Source: a virus (Duplodnaviria > Heunggongvirae > Uroviricota > Caudoviricetes). Taken from it: a DNA stretch of 41,902 bases. Below, piece after piece: positions 1 through 8,743 of the stretch (its first letter is position 1; each line of letters starts with the position of its first letter). A program made the translations under genes and the position numbers. The notes beneath the pieces were generated by a model. That model saw only the letters and a list, made by a program, of their open reading frames with translations, ran no database searches and was not told the DNA's origin. The stretch is taken from IMG/VR virus record IMGVR_UViG_2778261315_000003, one strand, 5' to 3'.

Positions 1-170
1 TTAACTCATCATTATTACATCATCATTGTAAATAATTAAATTAACTTCCATAACATTAAAATATGTATCCACTGACGCTTTTTTACATAACGAAGAATTG
101 ACCATTTTGTCCTGTTGTGCCTTAATGTAAGTACCGTCCACGGCGTGGGACATACTTCAAGGAACCTTTT

Positions 171-362
171 GTGAGTCAGGCAACCAGTATGCGAAAACGA
201 CACCGATTTAACAGTCGCATGACCCGTATCGTACTGCTCATCAGCTTTATCTTCTTCTTTGGCCGTTTTATCTACTCGTCCGTCGGTGCCTGGCAGCACC
301 ATCAGAGCAAAAAAGAAGCTCAGCAATCCACACTCTCCGTCGAATCACCGGTACAACGTTAG
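171..362 (+). CDS. possible small membrane protein (63 aa), host side
   Basis: ORF with hydrophobic stretch IVLLISFIFFFGRFI after a basic N-terminus; sits in AT-rich DNA; an antisense ORF (36..326) competes, so weak. Confidence 0.25.
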   Translation: MSQATSMRKRHRFNSRMTRIVLLISFIFFFGRFIYSSVGAWQHHQSKKEAQQSTLSVESPVQR

Positions 363-672
363 CGGTTACCTTCTCCACTCTCACAGAACATAACGGCACC
401 TCGCTGTCGGATGCTTTTGCTCTTTGAGATTATCAAAGCGGCAGATATTCTTTCATCTTAAATTTTACGTCTTTGTTCTGACTGAAGTTCATCCTGTTCG
501 GCTGCGAAATAAATACATCATTAATACATATGTTGTGATGATGTATTTTTATAAATTATTTCCCATATGAATTTTAATAAATTTAATCTATTCCTTTATA
601 CGCAATACATTTACTTTCCTCTTTTGATGATCTTAAATGTCTTATTTTTCGTAATGTGTATAACAAGGAATA

Positions 673-1191
673 GTGATGAAATTAAAAAAATGTCTTCTGC
701 CTGTGGCAATGTTAGCGTCATTTACTCTGGCAGGATGCCAGTCAAATGCTGATGATCATGCCGCCGATGTTTATCAAACCGATCAACTGAATACCAAACA
801 AGAAACTAAAACCGTTAATATTATTTCCATTCTTCCCGCAAAAGTTGCCGTAGACAACGCCCAAAATAAACGGAACGCACAAGCCTTCGGCGCGCTTATT
901 GGCGCTGTCGCTGGCGGTGTTATCGGCCACAACGTCGGGTCTGGCAGCAATTCCGGAACGACAGCAGGTGCAGTTGGCGGCGGAGCTGTTGGCGCAGCAG
1001 CGGGTTCTATGGTGAATGATAAAACCTTAGTGGAAGGTGTTTCTTTAACATATAAGGAAGGCACCAAAGTGTATACCTCCACCCAGGTGGGTAAAGAGTG
1101 CCAGTTTACGACAGGTTTAGCCGTTGTTATTACCACGACGTATAACGAAACGCGTATTCAGCCAAATACCAAATGTCCTGAAAAGAGCTAA
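673..1191 (+). CDS. outer-membrane lipoprotein with glycine-zipper domain (YcfJ / 17-kDa-antigen-like)
   Basis: Signal peptide ending in lipobox LAGC; Gly/Ala-rich zipper FGALIGAVAGGVIGHNVGSG...AVGGGAVGAAAGS resembling E. coli YcfJ by recall; RBS-coupled to next gene. Confidence 0.7.
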   Translation: MMKLKKCLLPVAMLASFTLAGCQSNADDHAADVYQTDQLNTKQETKTVNIISILPAKVAVDNAQNKRNAQAFGALIGAVAGGVIGHNVGSGSNSGTTAGAVGGGAVGAAAGSMVNDKTLVEGVSLTYKEGTKVYTSTQVGKECQFTTGLAVVITTTYNETRIQPNTKCPEKS

Positions 1192-1206
1192 TAATCAGGA
1201 GGAGTC

Positions 1207-1746
1207 ATGAAGAAAGTTTTTCTTTGCGCCATCTTAGCCTCCTTAAGCTATCCGGCTATCGCCTCATCATTGCAGGATCAACTCTCGGCTGTCGCAGAAG
1301 CGGAACAGCAAGGTAAAAATGAAGAGCAAAGGCAGCATGACGAATGGGTCGCGGAGCGCAACAGGGAAATCCAGCAAGAGAAGCAACGTCGCGCAAACGC
1401 CCAGGCCGCGGCTAATAAAAGAGCGGCAACGGCAGCAGCGAATAAGAAAGCTCGTCAGGATAAACTGGACGCCGAAGCCACTGCGGACAAAAAACGCGAT
1501 CAAAGTTATGAAGATGAGCTACGTAGCTTAGAGATTCAGAAGCAAAAACTGGCGCTGGCGAAAGAAGAAGCCCGCGTTAAGCGCGAAAACGAATTTATCG
1601 ATCAGGAACTGAAGCACAAAGCTGCGCAAACCGATGTGGTGCAATCTGAAGCTGACGCAAACAGAAATATGACTGAAGGCGGTCGCGATCTGATGAAAAG
1701 CGTGGGTAAAGCAGAAGAGAACAAATCGGACAGCTGGTTTAACTAA
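1207..1746 (+). CDS. secreted coiled-coil protein, K/E/R/A-rich, unknown function
   Basis: N-terminal signal peptide MKKVFLCAILASLSYPAIASS; charged low-complexity body; good SD AGGAGG upstream; followed by terminator. Confidence 0.6.
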   Translation: MKKVFLCAILASLSYPAIASSLQDQLSAVAEAEQQGKNEEQRQHDEWVAERNREIQQEKQRRANAQAAANKRAATAAANKKARQDKLDAEATADKKRDQSYEDELRSLEIQKQKLALAKEEARVKRENEFIDQELKHKAAQTDVVQSEADANRNMTEGGRDLMKSVGKAEENKSDSWFN

Positions 1747-1784
1747 GCGATGTCAGTAACTTCAAGCCTATGATTCGTGAGTAT

Positions 1785-1817
1785 AAAAAACCCTCTGTAG
1801 TAACAGAGGGTTTTGTT
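1785..1817 (+). terminator. rho-independent terminator after the lipoprotein operon
   Basis: Hairpin CCCTCTGT-AGTA-ACAGAGGG followed by TTTTGTT. Confidence 0.6.
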
Positions 1818-1964
1818 CATTCATAGTACAGGGTTCAAATCATTCCCACTCAATTATTTACGACAATCATAACCAATTGAGTGATAACATTTTTCCAAAA
1901 CTTCATTTTTCTAGTACCGTTTTATATACCGTCACCGGAAATCAGTACCATGAAAAATGCCATG

Positions 1965-2447
1965 CTATCTGGTCAGGGTGTCGTACTGTTTTTCGCAGAC
2001 TCTTCCGGCTTCGGCTGCCCGGTCAGCATACTCTGCCAGTTGTCTGTTTCTCTCGAGAGATTTGCTGAGCACGTCGGCAAGCAAAACTCCGGTGTCTGCG
2101 GCTGACGTCCCAGCGCCGACAATGGCGTTATACTGCCTGAGCTGCTCACGGATGGCAAAGAGTTGTTGCTGCAACCGGCCAGCGCGAGCGGCAGCATCAA
2201 GAGCATCATTGCGCGCCTGGTCGATCCTCTGCTGCGCTTCACGTTCATTGATCGATTTCTCCTGTTCGTAGTGCTGACGAACTATCTCATCTTCAGCTTT
2301 GCGGTCTTCCTTCGCCTGCGCATACCCGGCATCGTACTGACGACTGCCGTGTGCATTCCAGGCTACAACTCCTGATATGACCAGAACAGCAAGCATCGCC
2401 ATGATAACCAACTGTTTCCAGTATGCTTTTGCGAATGCCCAGATCAT
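1965..2447 (-). CDS. Rz-like i-spanin (inner-membrane spanin)
   Basis: 160 aa, N-terminal TM helix then charged coiled-coil; directly downstream of endolysin with ATGA-type overlap; contains embedded lipoprotein ORF in another frame. Confidence 0.6.
   Translation of the reverse strand: MIWAFAKAYWKQLVIMAMLAVLVISGVVAWNAHGSRQYDAGYAQAKEDRKAEDEIVRQHYEQEKSINEREAQQRIDQARNDALDAAARAGRLQQQLFAIREQLRQYNAIVGAGTSAADTGVLLADVLSKSLERNRQLAEYADRAAEAGRVCEKQYDTLTR
1973..2209 (-). CDS. Rz1-like o-spanin, embedded in Rz in alternate frame
   Basis: ORF 1973..2248 contains [14 protein letters not shown] lipobox; start placed at internal Met (2209); Pro-containing short mature peptide, fully nested in Rz gene. Confidence 0.55.
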   Translation of the reverse strand: MMLLMLPLALAGCSNNSLPSVSSSGSITPLSALGRQPQTPEFCLPTCSANLSRETDNWQSMLTGQPKPEESAKNSTTP

Positions 2448-3073
2448 ACCGCCAGCACCTTACTGGCAGTGACGTACCGCGCGCGCCGGTCGTCGATGCC
2501 ATTCCTGCCACCATTGATAATCAGAGTTACACGTGCAATATCGCCGGTATACTTCATGCAACCTTTGCTGGAGAAGAACCACGCCGCGCTACGAGCCGCG
2601 TATTCGTCCTGCGCCAACAGTTCAGGATTCTCCAGCAGGTCAACTTTCAGACCGTTTCCACAGTCACGATAGTTATTCAAACCGGTAATCTGGATAAGCC
2701 CGCGCCCACGGTAATTCCAGCCATCACCAGGGGCATTGTTCCCCATGCGTTTGCTGTACACCAGATTTGCGATCGCGCGCTGGCGCTCGAGTGGCAATGG
2801 TGGTTCACCAGCACGGCGACCAAGTGCATTAGCCTGCCCCTGAGTGAGACGCCCAGCCCGAACGAAGTTAGCCAATCCGGTTACGCTGTAGTTGAAATTT
2901 TCCTGCAACCGGGTGAAGCCTCCAGACTCATGCCCGACCTGAGCAATAAACATTGCCTGATCTTCTGGTTTGCTGATACCAAACTCTTTCATCGCAGAAG
3001 TTATATGCGAGAACCAGCGAGCGGCCAGTTCCTCGCTGATACCAGCAGCTCGCTGGAATTGTTTAATCTCCAT
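2444..3073 (-). CDS. endolysin, glycoside hydrolase family 19 (chitinase-like)
   Basis: 209 aa; motifs [30 protein letters not shown] typical of GH19 phage lysins. Confidence 0.85.
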   Translation of the reverse strand: MEIKQFQRAAGISEELAARWFSHITSAMKEFGISKPEDQAMFIAQVGHESGGFTRLQENFNYSVTGLANFVRAGRLTQGQANALGRRAGEPPLPLERQRAIANLVYSKRMGNNAPGDGWNYRGRGLIQITGLNNYRDCGNGLKVDLLENPELLAQDEYAARSAAWFFSSKGCMKYTGDIARVTLIINGGRNGIDDRRARYVTASKVLAV

Positions 3074-3371
3074 GTTTAGACCTCGTTATTTTGAAAATCT
3101 GAACTACGTTACCGCGCGTTTTAATGACTGCAGCAAGCATGACAGCGTTGATAATGACCTCAGATAAATCCACAACCATTGGCGTGCGTAACCAGATTGC
3201 ATAAGCGACACGAACTGGAATGCTGGCCGCAGCAACAATCAGGAAATAAGCAAGCCACCCACCCCATCGCCTGTGTTGAGAACCGTTTCTCCGAAATGTG
3301 GCAACTCGAACTGCTATACCGGCGCAAATAACCGCATTGGTGGTAAGCAAAAAAAGCTCATGAGTTACCAT
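3063..3371 (-). CDS. putative holin (about 3 TM helices)
   Basis: 102 aa, three hydrophobic helices, charged C-terminus, immediately upstream of and overlapping the endolysin start. Confidence 0.55.
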   Translation of the reverse strand: MVTHELFLLTTNAVICAGIAVRVATFRRNGSQHRRWGGWLAYFLIVAAASIPVRVAYAIWLRTPMVVDLSEVIINAVMLAAVIKTRGNVVQIFKITRSKHGD

Positions 3372-3771
3372 CGTCTTTTCTCCCCGGAATTAACTCGCGT
3401 GGATTATCGGAACGGTGATAGAGCCAGATCCCAATTCGCACAGCGACGATTGCTGACACAAATGCACCGGCAGAGAAAACAATCCCTTTCTCGAAAGAAT
3501 CCTGTGTGATTGTAGGGATCAGGCTGGCTATGCCGATAAGAATTGATGCTGCTGGTTTGTAGAATAGAAGTCCGCAGAGAAAGCTAAGCATCGACAAGAG
3601 CACGCGACGACGAATGGGATACTCTACCGCAGAGGTAACAAAAATCACCGCCCCAGCCAAAGACCCCAAAGCAACCTCAGGAGGAACTCCTGCTATCACT
3701 GCCGCCAAAGAACTCATGCTAAGCCACTGATTTAAAGTTTCACTGGTTAGTTGAGCTGACATGTTTTCCAC
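3358..3771 (-). CDS. lysis-cassette membrane protein (holin or antiholin-like, about 4 TM)
   Basis: 137 aa, multiple hydrophobic segments, first gene of lysis cluster after an AT-rich promoter region. Confidence 0.45.
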   Translation of the reverse strand: MENMSAQLTSETLNQWLSMSSLAAVIAGVPPEVALGSLAGAVIFVTSAVEYPIRRRVLLSMLSFLCGLLFYKPAASILIGIASLIPTITQDSFEKGIVFSAGAFVSAIVAVRIGIWLYHRSDNPRELIPGRKDDGNS

Positions 3772-4109
3772 CGTTTATATGCATAACTACCTCCTGAACA
3801 GTAAAGCATTACGCATGATAAACCATTTATGGTTTTTTGTTACCCGATATTATCAATCCAATTCGCGATGGTCAAAACATATCCACAGCGGTAAGTTTGA
3901 GTGTTTTCATTTCCAAAACTTTATACAAAAATATATGCAGTCTGTTATTTTTACGCACAATAAAAACACGATACCAGCTATTTCGCCATAAATACAATTT
4001 CCTTTAATGCTGCCAACAGAGCCTGCAAAACATATAACAGAACACATAAATAACAGGCATAATATAGATTTAATAATCTAAGTGCATATAAATATCATTT
4101 AAGAAGTTA

Positions 4110-4156
4110 AGAGCATTATTATAATAACAATAACCCCGCTGTTTTATTCGGGGTTA
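4110..4156 (-). terminator. terminator-like hairpin downstream of tailspike (minus strand)
   Basis: AACCCCG-N10-CGGGGTT hairpin 13 bp after the tailspike stop, followed on the transcribed strand by AUUGUUAUUAUAA. Confidence 0.45.
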
Positions 4157-4168
4157 TTGCATTTATTA

Positions 4169-7144
4169 TTACATTGACATTAATATAAACATGGATAATT
4201 CATCATAGCGAATTCCGTATCGTCCTCCTGCTTTTTTTACAAGAATCATATTTCCTGTTTTATATTGAGAATAAATTTTCTCACCTGTATCAGGATCTGT
4301 GCTCTCTTCAGTTATCACCTCTTCATCCCATACGTCAGGCCATTCATCGTAACACCAAAAAGCATATTGCTCAGGATTTAAACCATGCTTTCTAAGAATA
4401 TCCCCTACGGTTTGAGCGCCAACGCCAAAATGATACCTGGACGACTCAATTCCTTTGTGATTAATTGAGTCATTAAATTTAAATTTATAGATGACTGACT
4501 TTATTTCAATAGCGGCATCACGCTCTGCATTAAGAATATCATATCTTGTTTTAAGAGTTTCATCTGATGTATTGATTGACCCGGTTCCTGCATAAATAAC
4601 AGAGCATCTGTTTGATGGCTGTCCAATAGCTTTAACATTATCATCAACAGGAGCTATTTTATTAGCATCTGCCAACCACCAGTCTGTTCCATCAGCGTGA
4701 CCGATTCTTACTCTTATCCCACTTCTAATATTTAAACTTCCAGTATTACTCTGTAAATTACAATCTCCTGACGTTGGTCCAAGCAGTACAGTTTTACCAA
4801 CACCACATACTACTCTGGCATTTCCTTTTTGTGATACGAGTCTTGACTCACCTCCTGACTGCTCAGGAAGAGATTTATGGTCTATAAATGCATCGCGGGG
4901 GTTAAATACACCGTCTCCAGAATTATATCTTCCTCCTGTATAGTTGTTAAATACAGGACCCCAGTCAACGCCATTGCCTTCAGAGCACCCGACCATTCTA
5001 AGCACTCGCGTATTCCCTGCTGCATATGGTAATGAGCTTGTTGATTGCCGGGAAGCTATCATACGTGCTCCATAACCAATAGCATTACCACCATTTATAG
5101 TTACATATGCTTGCTGGCTTTCGAAATATGTACTGTAAAAGTTCATATTTCCACAGTCATGCAGATGAATAAGAACATCATCCCATCCCTGAATGGTTCC
5201 CGCATGTACCTGTACACCGCGAACTGGTTCCCCTGAAACCTCCATACACTCTGATGGTCGGCTGAATGGCTGAGACAGGTATTGCGATGTGGCAAGCAGA
5301 TGTGTGTGGTGATACAGGCTGGTAATGTAGCAATCGAAAAATTGCGTTCCCGCCATACCAAAGTTATCTATGTCATTTCGCCGTATAGTAGAACCTACTG
5401 TTGCCTCAGAAGCGTTAGACACTCCAGTAAATACTAACTTATCACCGGATACGGATAATCCTGAATAAGTGAAATTCCTGCCTCCAGATCTTAAAACCCC
5501 GGACGTTTCGAAGGTGTGGCTTGCTGACCATGGGATTTCGATAGTGCTGGACGTTACCGCTGTAATTCGGAATACATCATGGGCGCGGATCGAAACACCC
5601 TTGAATCCCTGGAATCTACAGTGATAATAGTTTTCATCCTCGCCCTGAGCGGCCAGCGTGCCAGATACAGGAATGTTCGTTTTTAAAAGTGCCGTCTTGC
5701 GCCAGTATCCAACCACCTGCAAATTGCGGTATTCATTGCCAAAAGACGCACGTGACCAAATACCTACATCCCACTCATCGCCAAGACCGGTATTTGCAAT
5801 GTCTTTATAACCATCCAGCCCATTGAAATATGGAACAATACGAAAGTTCTCAAGGCGAACACATCCTGTCTCTGGCATCAATATTGCGGCAGAGAATGGT
5901 TTAAGCGTGGCTCTTGTAGCCCCATTAGCATCACCGTTAGTAAAATCCAATAAATCATATGATGACGCAGGTGCCGTTGTTGTATACGGGTCTTCGGAAG
6001 ATGGATTAGAAACCACACCACCACTAACATCCATATTAGAAACACAATCTACAGTATATTTTTTATTTCCTACACCGTACATCAGGAATGTGGTCCCTGT
6101 GGTAATATCAGGAGCAAATGTTGCAGTATATCCAGAGACCCATTTGCCCACACCAAGACCAATTATCCCACCACCAGAAACAGGTGTTAACGTATCCGTT
6201 ATTACATACGCATTATCAGTACCATAAATAACCTTTCCTGTGTTAATGGCAGCTTGCCACGCGGCCCAGTCTATTGACTGAGATAATGAGTCAACAAAAG
6301 GATATAAGGATTTTGCTTCAGAAATTGAAGAAAACCTCTCAGATAATGGATGATATTTCCCATCCCCAATTGCTCCGAATTGTTTTACATTTAAGAAAAG
6401 AGCATTGTTTTCATGCTGAGTTATAGTTACAGCCCCGGCAAATGGCTGCCTTACACCAATTAATGCATCACCTTTTCCTTCTCCTGCGCTAGATAATTGC
6501 AGAAGAACATCTGCGGCACTGCCAGAAGGCACAGGTACACCTATAGGTTTACCATTGACGATACCAATGACAGTTTCTTCCAGTAAATGAACTGGAGGAA
6601 GTGGTTCAATAAAATTATCTGGAACCCGTAATGTCCTGTTAATATTCACATTAACAATATTATCAACATAATTCTTTGTAGCTGCATCTTGAGGCTTGGA
6701 AGGATCGCGCAAATTGCGGATGTAATTATTCAAAGCATCGTAATAGTTTGCCACAAATGATGGCTTGCGCAGCGCCAGGCTAAACCAACTGCGGACTTGC
6801 TGTATCAGCATCGTCAGCTTATCTAACGCGTCTTCATGCACCTCAGCGAAAAACTTTCCCTGATTTCGCAGATCAGTTTCCTGCGTAACTGGTAGCTCTC
6901 GTGATATAGAAATCTGATAACCGTTAGCTAACGCCTTCGACAGAATTACATTACCGCCATTATATCCACCAGCCCCTGTGACAGTGTAATCAGTATCAAG
7001 AGCCAGCACAGCGATATTTTCGTCAAGGTCAACCACCTGTACTGCCAGATCAGATTCCTTGAAAACCCTAAAGGTATACGGAAATGATGTCGTAACGCCG
7101 TTACCTGTGTATTCGTTGTGGTCAACTTCGGTTGAGACCGTCAT
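4169..7144 (-). CDS. tailspike / tail fiber with conserved N-terminal anchor and C-terminal intramolecular chaperone-like domain
   Basis: 991 aa; N-terminus YTGNGVTTSFPYTFRVF typical of podovirus fibre/spike anchors; Gly/Ser/Thr/Asn-rich central beta-rich region; C-terminal tail (...SDETLKTRYDILNAERD...HFGVGAQ...YDELSMF) resembles peptidase-S74-type chaperone domain. Confidence 0.8.
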   Translation of the reverse strand: MTVSTEVDHNEYTGNGVTTSFPYTFRVFKESDLAVQVVDLDENIAVLALDTDYTVTGAGGYNGGNVILSKALANGYQISISRELPVTQETDLRNQGKFFAEVHEDALDKLTMLIQQVRSWFSLALRKPSFVANYYDALNNYIRNLRDPSKPQDAATKNYVDNIVNVNINRTLRVPDNFIEPLPPVHLLEETVIGIVNGKPIGVPVPSGSAADVLLQLSSAGEGKGDALIGVRQPFAGAVTITQHENNALFLNVKQFGAIGDGKYHPLSERFSSISEAKSLYPFVDSLSQSIDWAAWQAAINTGKVIYGTDNAYVITDTLTPVSGGGIIGLGVGKWVSGYTATFAPDITTGTTFLMYGVGNKKYTVDCVSNMDVSGGVVSNPSSEDPYTTTAPASSYDLLDFTNGDANGATRATLKPFSAAILMPETGCVRLENFRIVPYFNGLDGYKDIANTGLGDEWDVGIWSRASFGNEYRNLQVVGYWRKTALLKTNIPVSGTLAAQGEDENYYHCRFQGFKGVSIRAHDVFRITAVTSSTIEIPWSASHTFETSGVLRSGGRNFTYSGLSVSGDKLVFTGVSNASEATVGSTIRRNDIDNFGMAGTQFFDCYITSLYHHTHLLATSQYLSQPFSRPSECMEVSGEPVRGVQVHAGTIQGWDDVLIHLHDCGNMNFYSTYFESQQAYVTINGGNAIGYGARMIASRQSTSSLPYAAGNTRVLRMVGCSEGNGVDWGPVFNNYTGGRYNSGDGVFNPRDAFIDHKSLPEQSGGESRLVSQKGNARVVCGVGKTVLLGPTSGDCNLQSNTGSLNIRSGIRVRIGHADGTDWWLADANKIAPVDDNVKAIGQPSNRCSVIYAGTGSINTSDETLKTRYDILNAERDAAIEIKSVIYKFKFNDSINHKGIESSRYHFGVGAQTVGDILRKHGLNPEQYAFWCYDEWPDVWDEEVITEESTDPDTGEKIYSQYKTGNMILVKKAGGRYGIRYDELSMFILMSM

Positions 7145-7248
7145 GTTAAATCTCCAGATAGTCGCAGCACCCGTTGCGCCGCATATCTGGTTATTCTATT
7201 ACCTGGAAAACCACATATGGATATAAAGGCTGTAAATACGAATAGATA

Positions 7249-7263
7249 TTACCTTTCAGGTAA
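7249..7263. promoter_or_regulatory. palindromic operator-like site TTACCTTTCAGGTAA
   Basis: Perfect TTACC-N5-GGTAA; intergenic between tailspike start and divergent small gene. Confidence 0.6.
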
Positions 7264-7339
7264 TTTGCAAAACGTGCTGGATAGCAAACAAATTATTTGC
7301 TACTGTATAAATATACAGTTATTGCATGGAGAAGATAAG

Positions 7340-7597
7340 ATGCAGCAGTATCACTATCCACTGGAAGACGGATTTACCGAAAGGATTCACACGCCGGGAG
7401 GCGTCAGGTCACTGGTGGAGGGATCGCACTTGATGAAATTACTCCGGGATCTCGATAAGGATGGATTTAATGTCGATGGCCCACTTGCCGAACTGACTGC
7501 ACTGATTAACTACGTCACCAGCTCACAGATGTCTATGCGGGATCTGCAAACACATCTCGACTATTGTGCCGAACAATTACGAAAACAAACCCGGTAA
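7340..7597 (+). CDS. small protein paralogous to the C-terminal domain of the Bro-N protein
   Basis: Start moved to internal Met with GGAG RBS, because ORF 7217.. overlaps the operator; roughly 40% identity by eye to the Bro protein C-terminus (IH.P.GV..L.E.S.LM.LL..L..DG..V.G..AELT...Y...RD.QTH..Y). Confidence 0.5.
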   Translation: MQQYHYPLEDGFTERIHTPGGVRSLVEGSHLMKLLRDLDKDGFNVDGPLAELTALINYVTSSQMSMRDLQTHLDYCAEQLRKQTR

Positions 7598-7619
7598 ATT
7601 TAAAGGCCGCAAGAGCGGC

Positions 7620-8348
7620 CTATCGTTTCGCTTTGTGCTCATCCCAGCACGTTTTGCACCATGCCATTAAGCCGTCCGCATTTTGATTATTAGGGTAAAA
7701 GCTGGTTCGTTTTCTGCGGACATTACAAATTGGGCACCACTTCATATGGCGTGTATTCTTTGGGCCATCGAGACACCTTGCACACCATTTAGTCAATCCA
7801 TCTGGATTTTTTGACGATTTCCTGAATTTTTCATATGGAAGGTTTATTCTGCATCGCAAGCACTGCTTGCTACCACTTGAAACTCTGTTAGCTGATTCTT
7901 CTTTTGGCGGCGATACAGAAGGTATTCTTGCTGGCTCTGATATTGCCTGAGGTGCTTTTTTAGATGACTGAGACGATATGTCATCACCAGGGAATCTTCC
8001 ATGATATGCCGGACGCGTTGACACTCCAGGTGGAATCTCAGCTGTAAACGGCTTTGGCTGAATCAGTTGCCTCTCTTTTGCTAACTCCTGCTGTTTATAA
8101 TATGTCTGGATTACCGCACTATCATAAGCAGGAGGTGCGGAAATATTAGGCGCATTACCTCCAGTTTTTTGAAACTGAGTAGAGGTGTGTTCTATCACCT
8201 GTGTACGATTAATCGTTATCTCCCCATCTTCGGTCTTTATCGTTTTGTTATGATTAACGACCGTACGATCAGAGATCTTAGTCTTGTTCTGGTTGATAAC
8301 GTAAATAATCACCGCAACCACACCAACAACTATCCAGAAAACTTCCAT
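7620..8348 (-). CDS. membrane-anchored protein with Pro-rich linker and tandem C4 zinc-ribbon-like repeats
   Basis: 242 aa; N-terminal TM FWIVVGVVAVIIYVI; repeated C-x2-C ... NPDGL..WC..C units near C-terminus; own promoter region with two operators upstream. Confidence 0.6.
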   Translation of the reverse strand: MEVFWIVVGVVAVIIYVINQNKTKISDRTVVNHNKTIKTEDGEITINRTQVIEHTSTQFQKTGGNAPNISAPPAYDSAVIQTYYKQQELAKERQLIQPKPFTAEIPPGVSTRPAYHGRFPGDDISSQSSKKAPQAISEPARIPSVSPPKEESANRVSSGSKQCLRCRINLPYEKFRKSSKNPDGLTKWCARCLDGPKNTRHMKWCPICNVRRKRTSFYPNNQNADGLMAWCKTCWDEHKAKR

Positions 8349-8368
8349 TGCTTTTCCTCACAATAACA

Positions 8369-8383
8369 TTACCTTAAAGGTAA
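8369..8383. promoter_or_regulatory. palindromic operator-like site TTACCTTAAAGGTAA
   Basis: Perfect TTACC-N5-GGTAA, 21 bp upstream of the 7620..8348 gene start. Confidence 0.6.
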
Positions 8384-8461
8384 TATCTTGCTTTCAGGTG
8401 ATCAAGCGTTAAACGCAATCAACCAAATACGGTTGATTTTAATGTTTCTTCGCGCTTATCA

Positions 8462-8476
8462 TTACCTTTACGGTAA
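8462..8476. promoter_or_regulatory. palindromic operator-like site TTACCTTTACGGTAA
   Basis: Perfect TTACC-N5-GGTAA in the divergent intergenic region between the 7620..8348 and Bro genes. Confidence 0.6.
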
Positions 8477-8743
8477 ATTTACATCGCACTCCTCTTGTGC
8501 CATAGTAATCGGGCACTGGCAAAATCCAGTGCCGGGATTGGTCTCCCGGATTACTACAGAGGCACATATGCCGCATAAGCGGTTTTTTTATGTGTAAAGC
8601 GCACCTATTCTATGGTGGGCTGTGTGGGGGCACCGAAAGGTGCGCCGGGTTCCTTTGTAGCCGGTAAGACCAACTCTGCACAGTTCACCACCATCTGATT
8701 GGTCTCAGCGGTGGTGATTAACCTAACTACAAAGGTGATCGCC

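Noticed and set aside
36-326. 96-aa minus-strand ORF at left window edge
   Set aside because: In very AT-rich DNA, overlaps the 171..362 ORF on the other strand; no distinguishing features; left uncalled.
1815-1850. Possible tRNA 3-prime fragment (GGTTCAAATC T-loop-like) as att core
   Set aside because: Attempted fold does not give a paired T-stem or acceptor stem and there is no CCA; cannot be supported as a tRNA remnant.
2423-3079. 218-aa plus-strand ORF
   Set aside because: Entirely antisense to the well-supported GH19 endolysin gene; no RBS; typical shadow ORF.
8417-8438. AT-rich inverted repeat AATCAACC-N6-GGTTGATT near the operators
   Set aside because: Could be a second operator or weak terminator, but single occurrence and low-stability stem; insufficient evidence.
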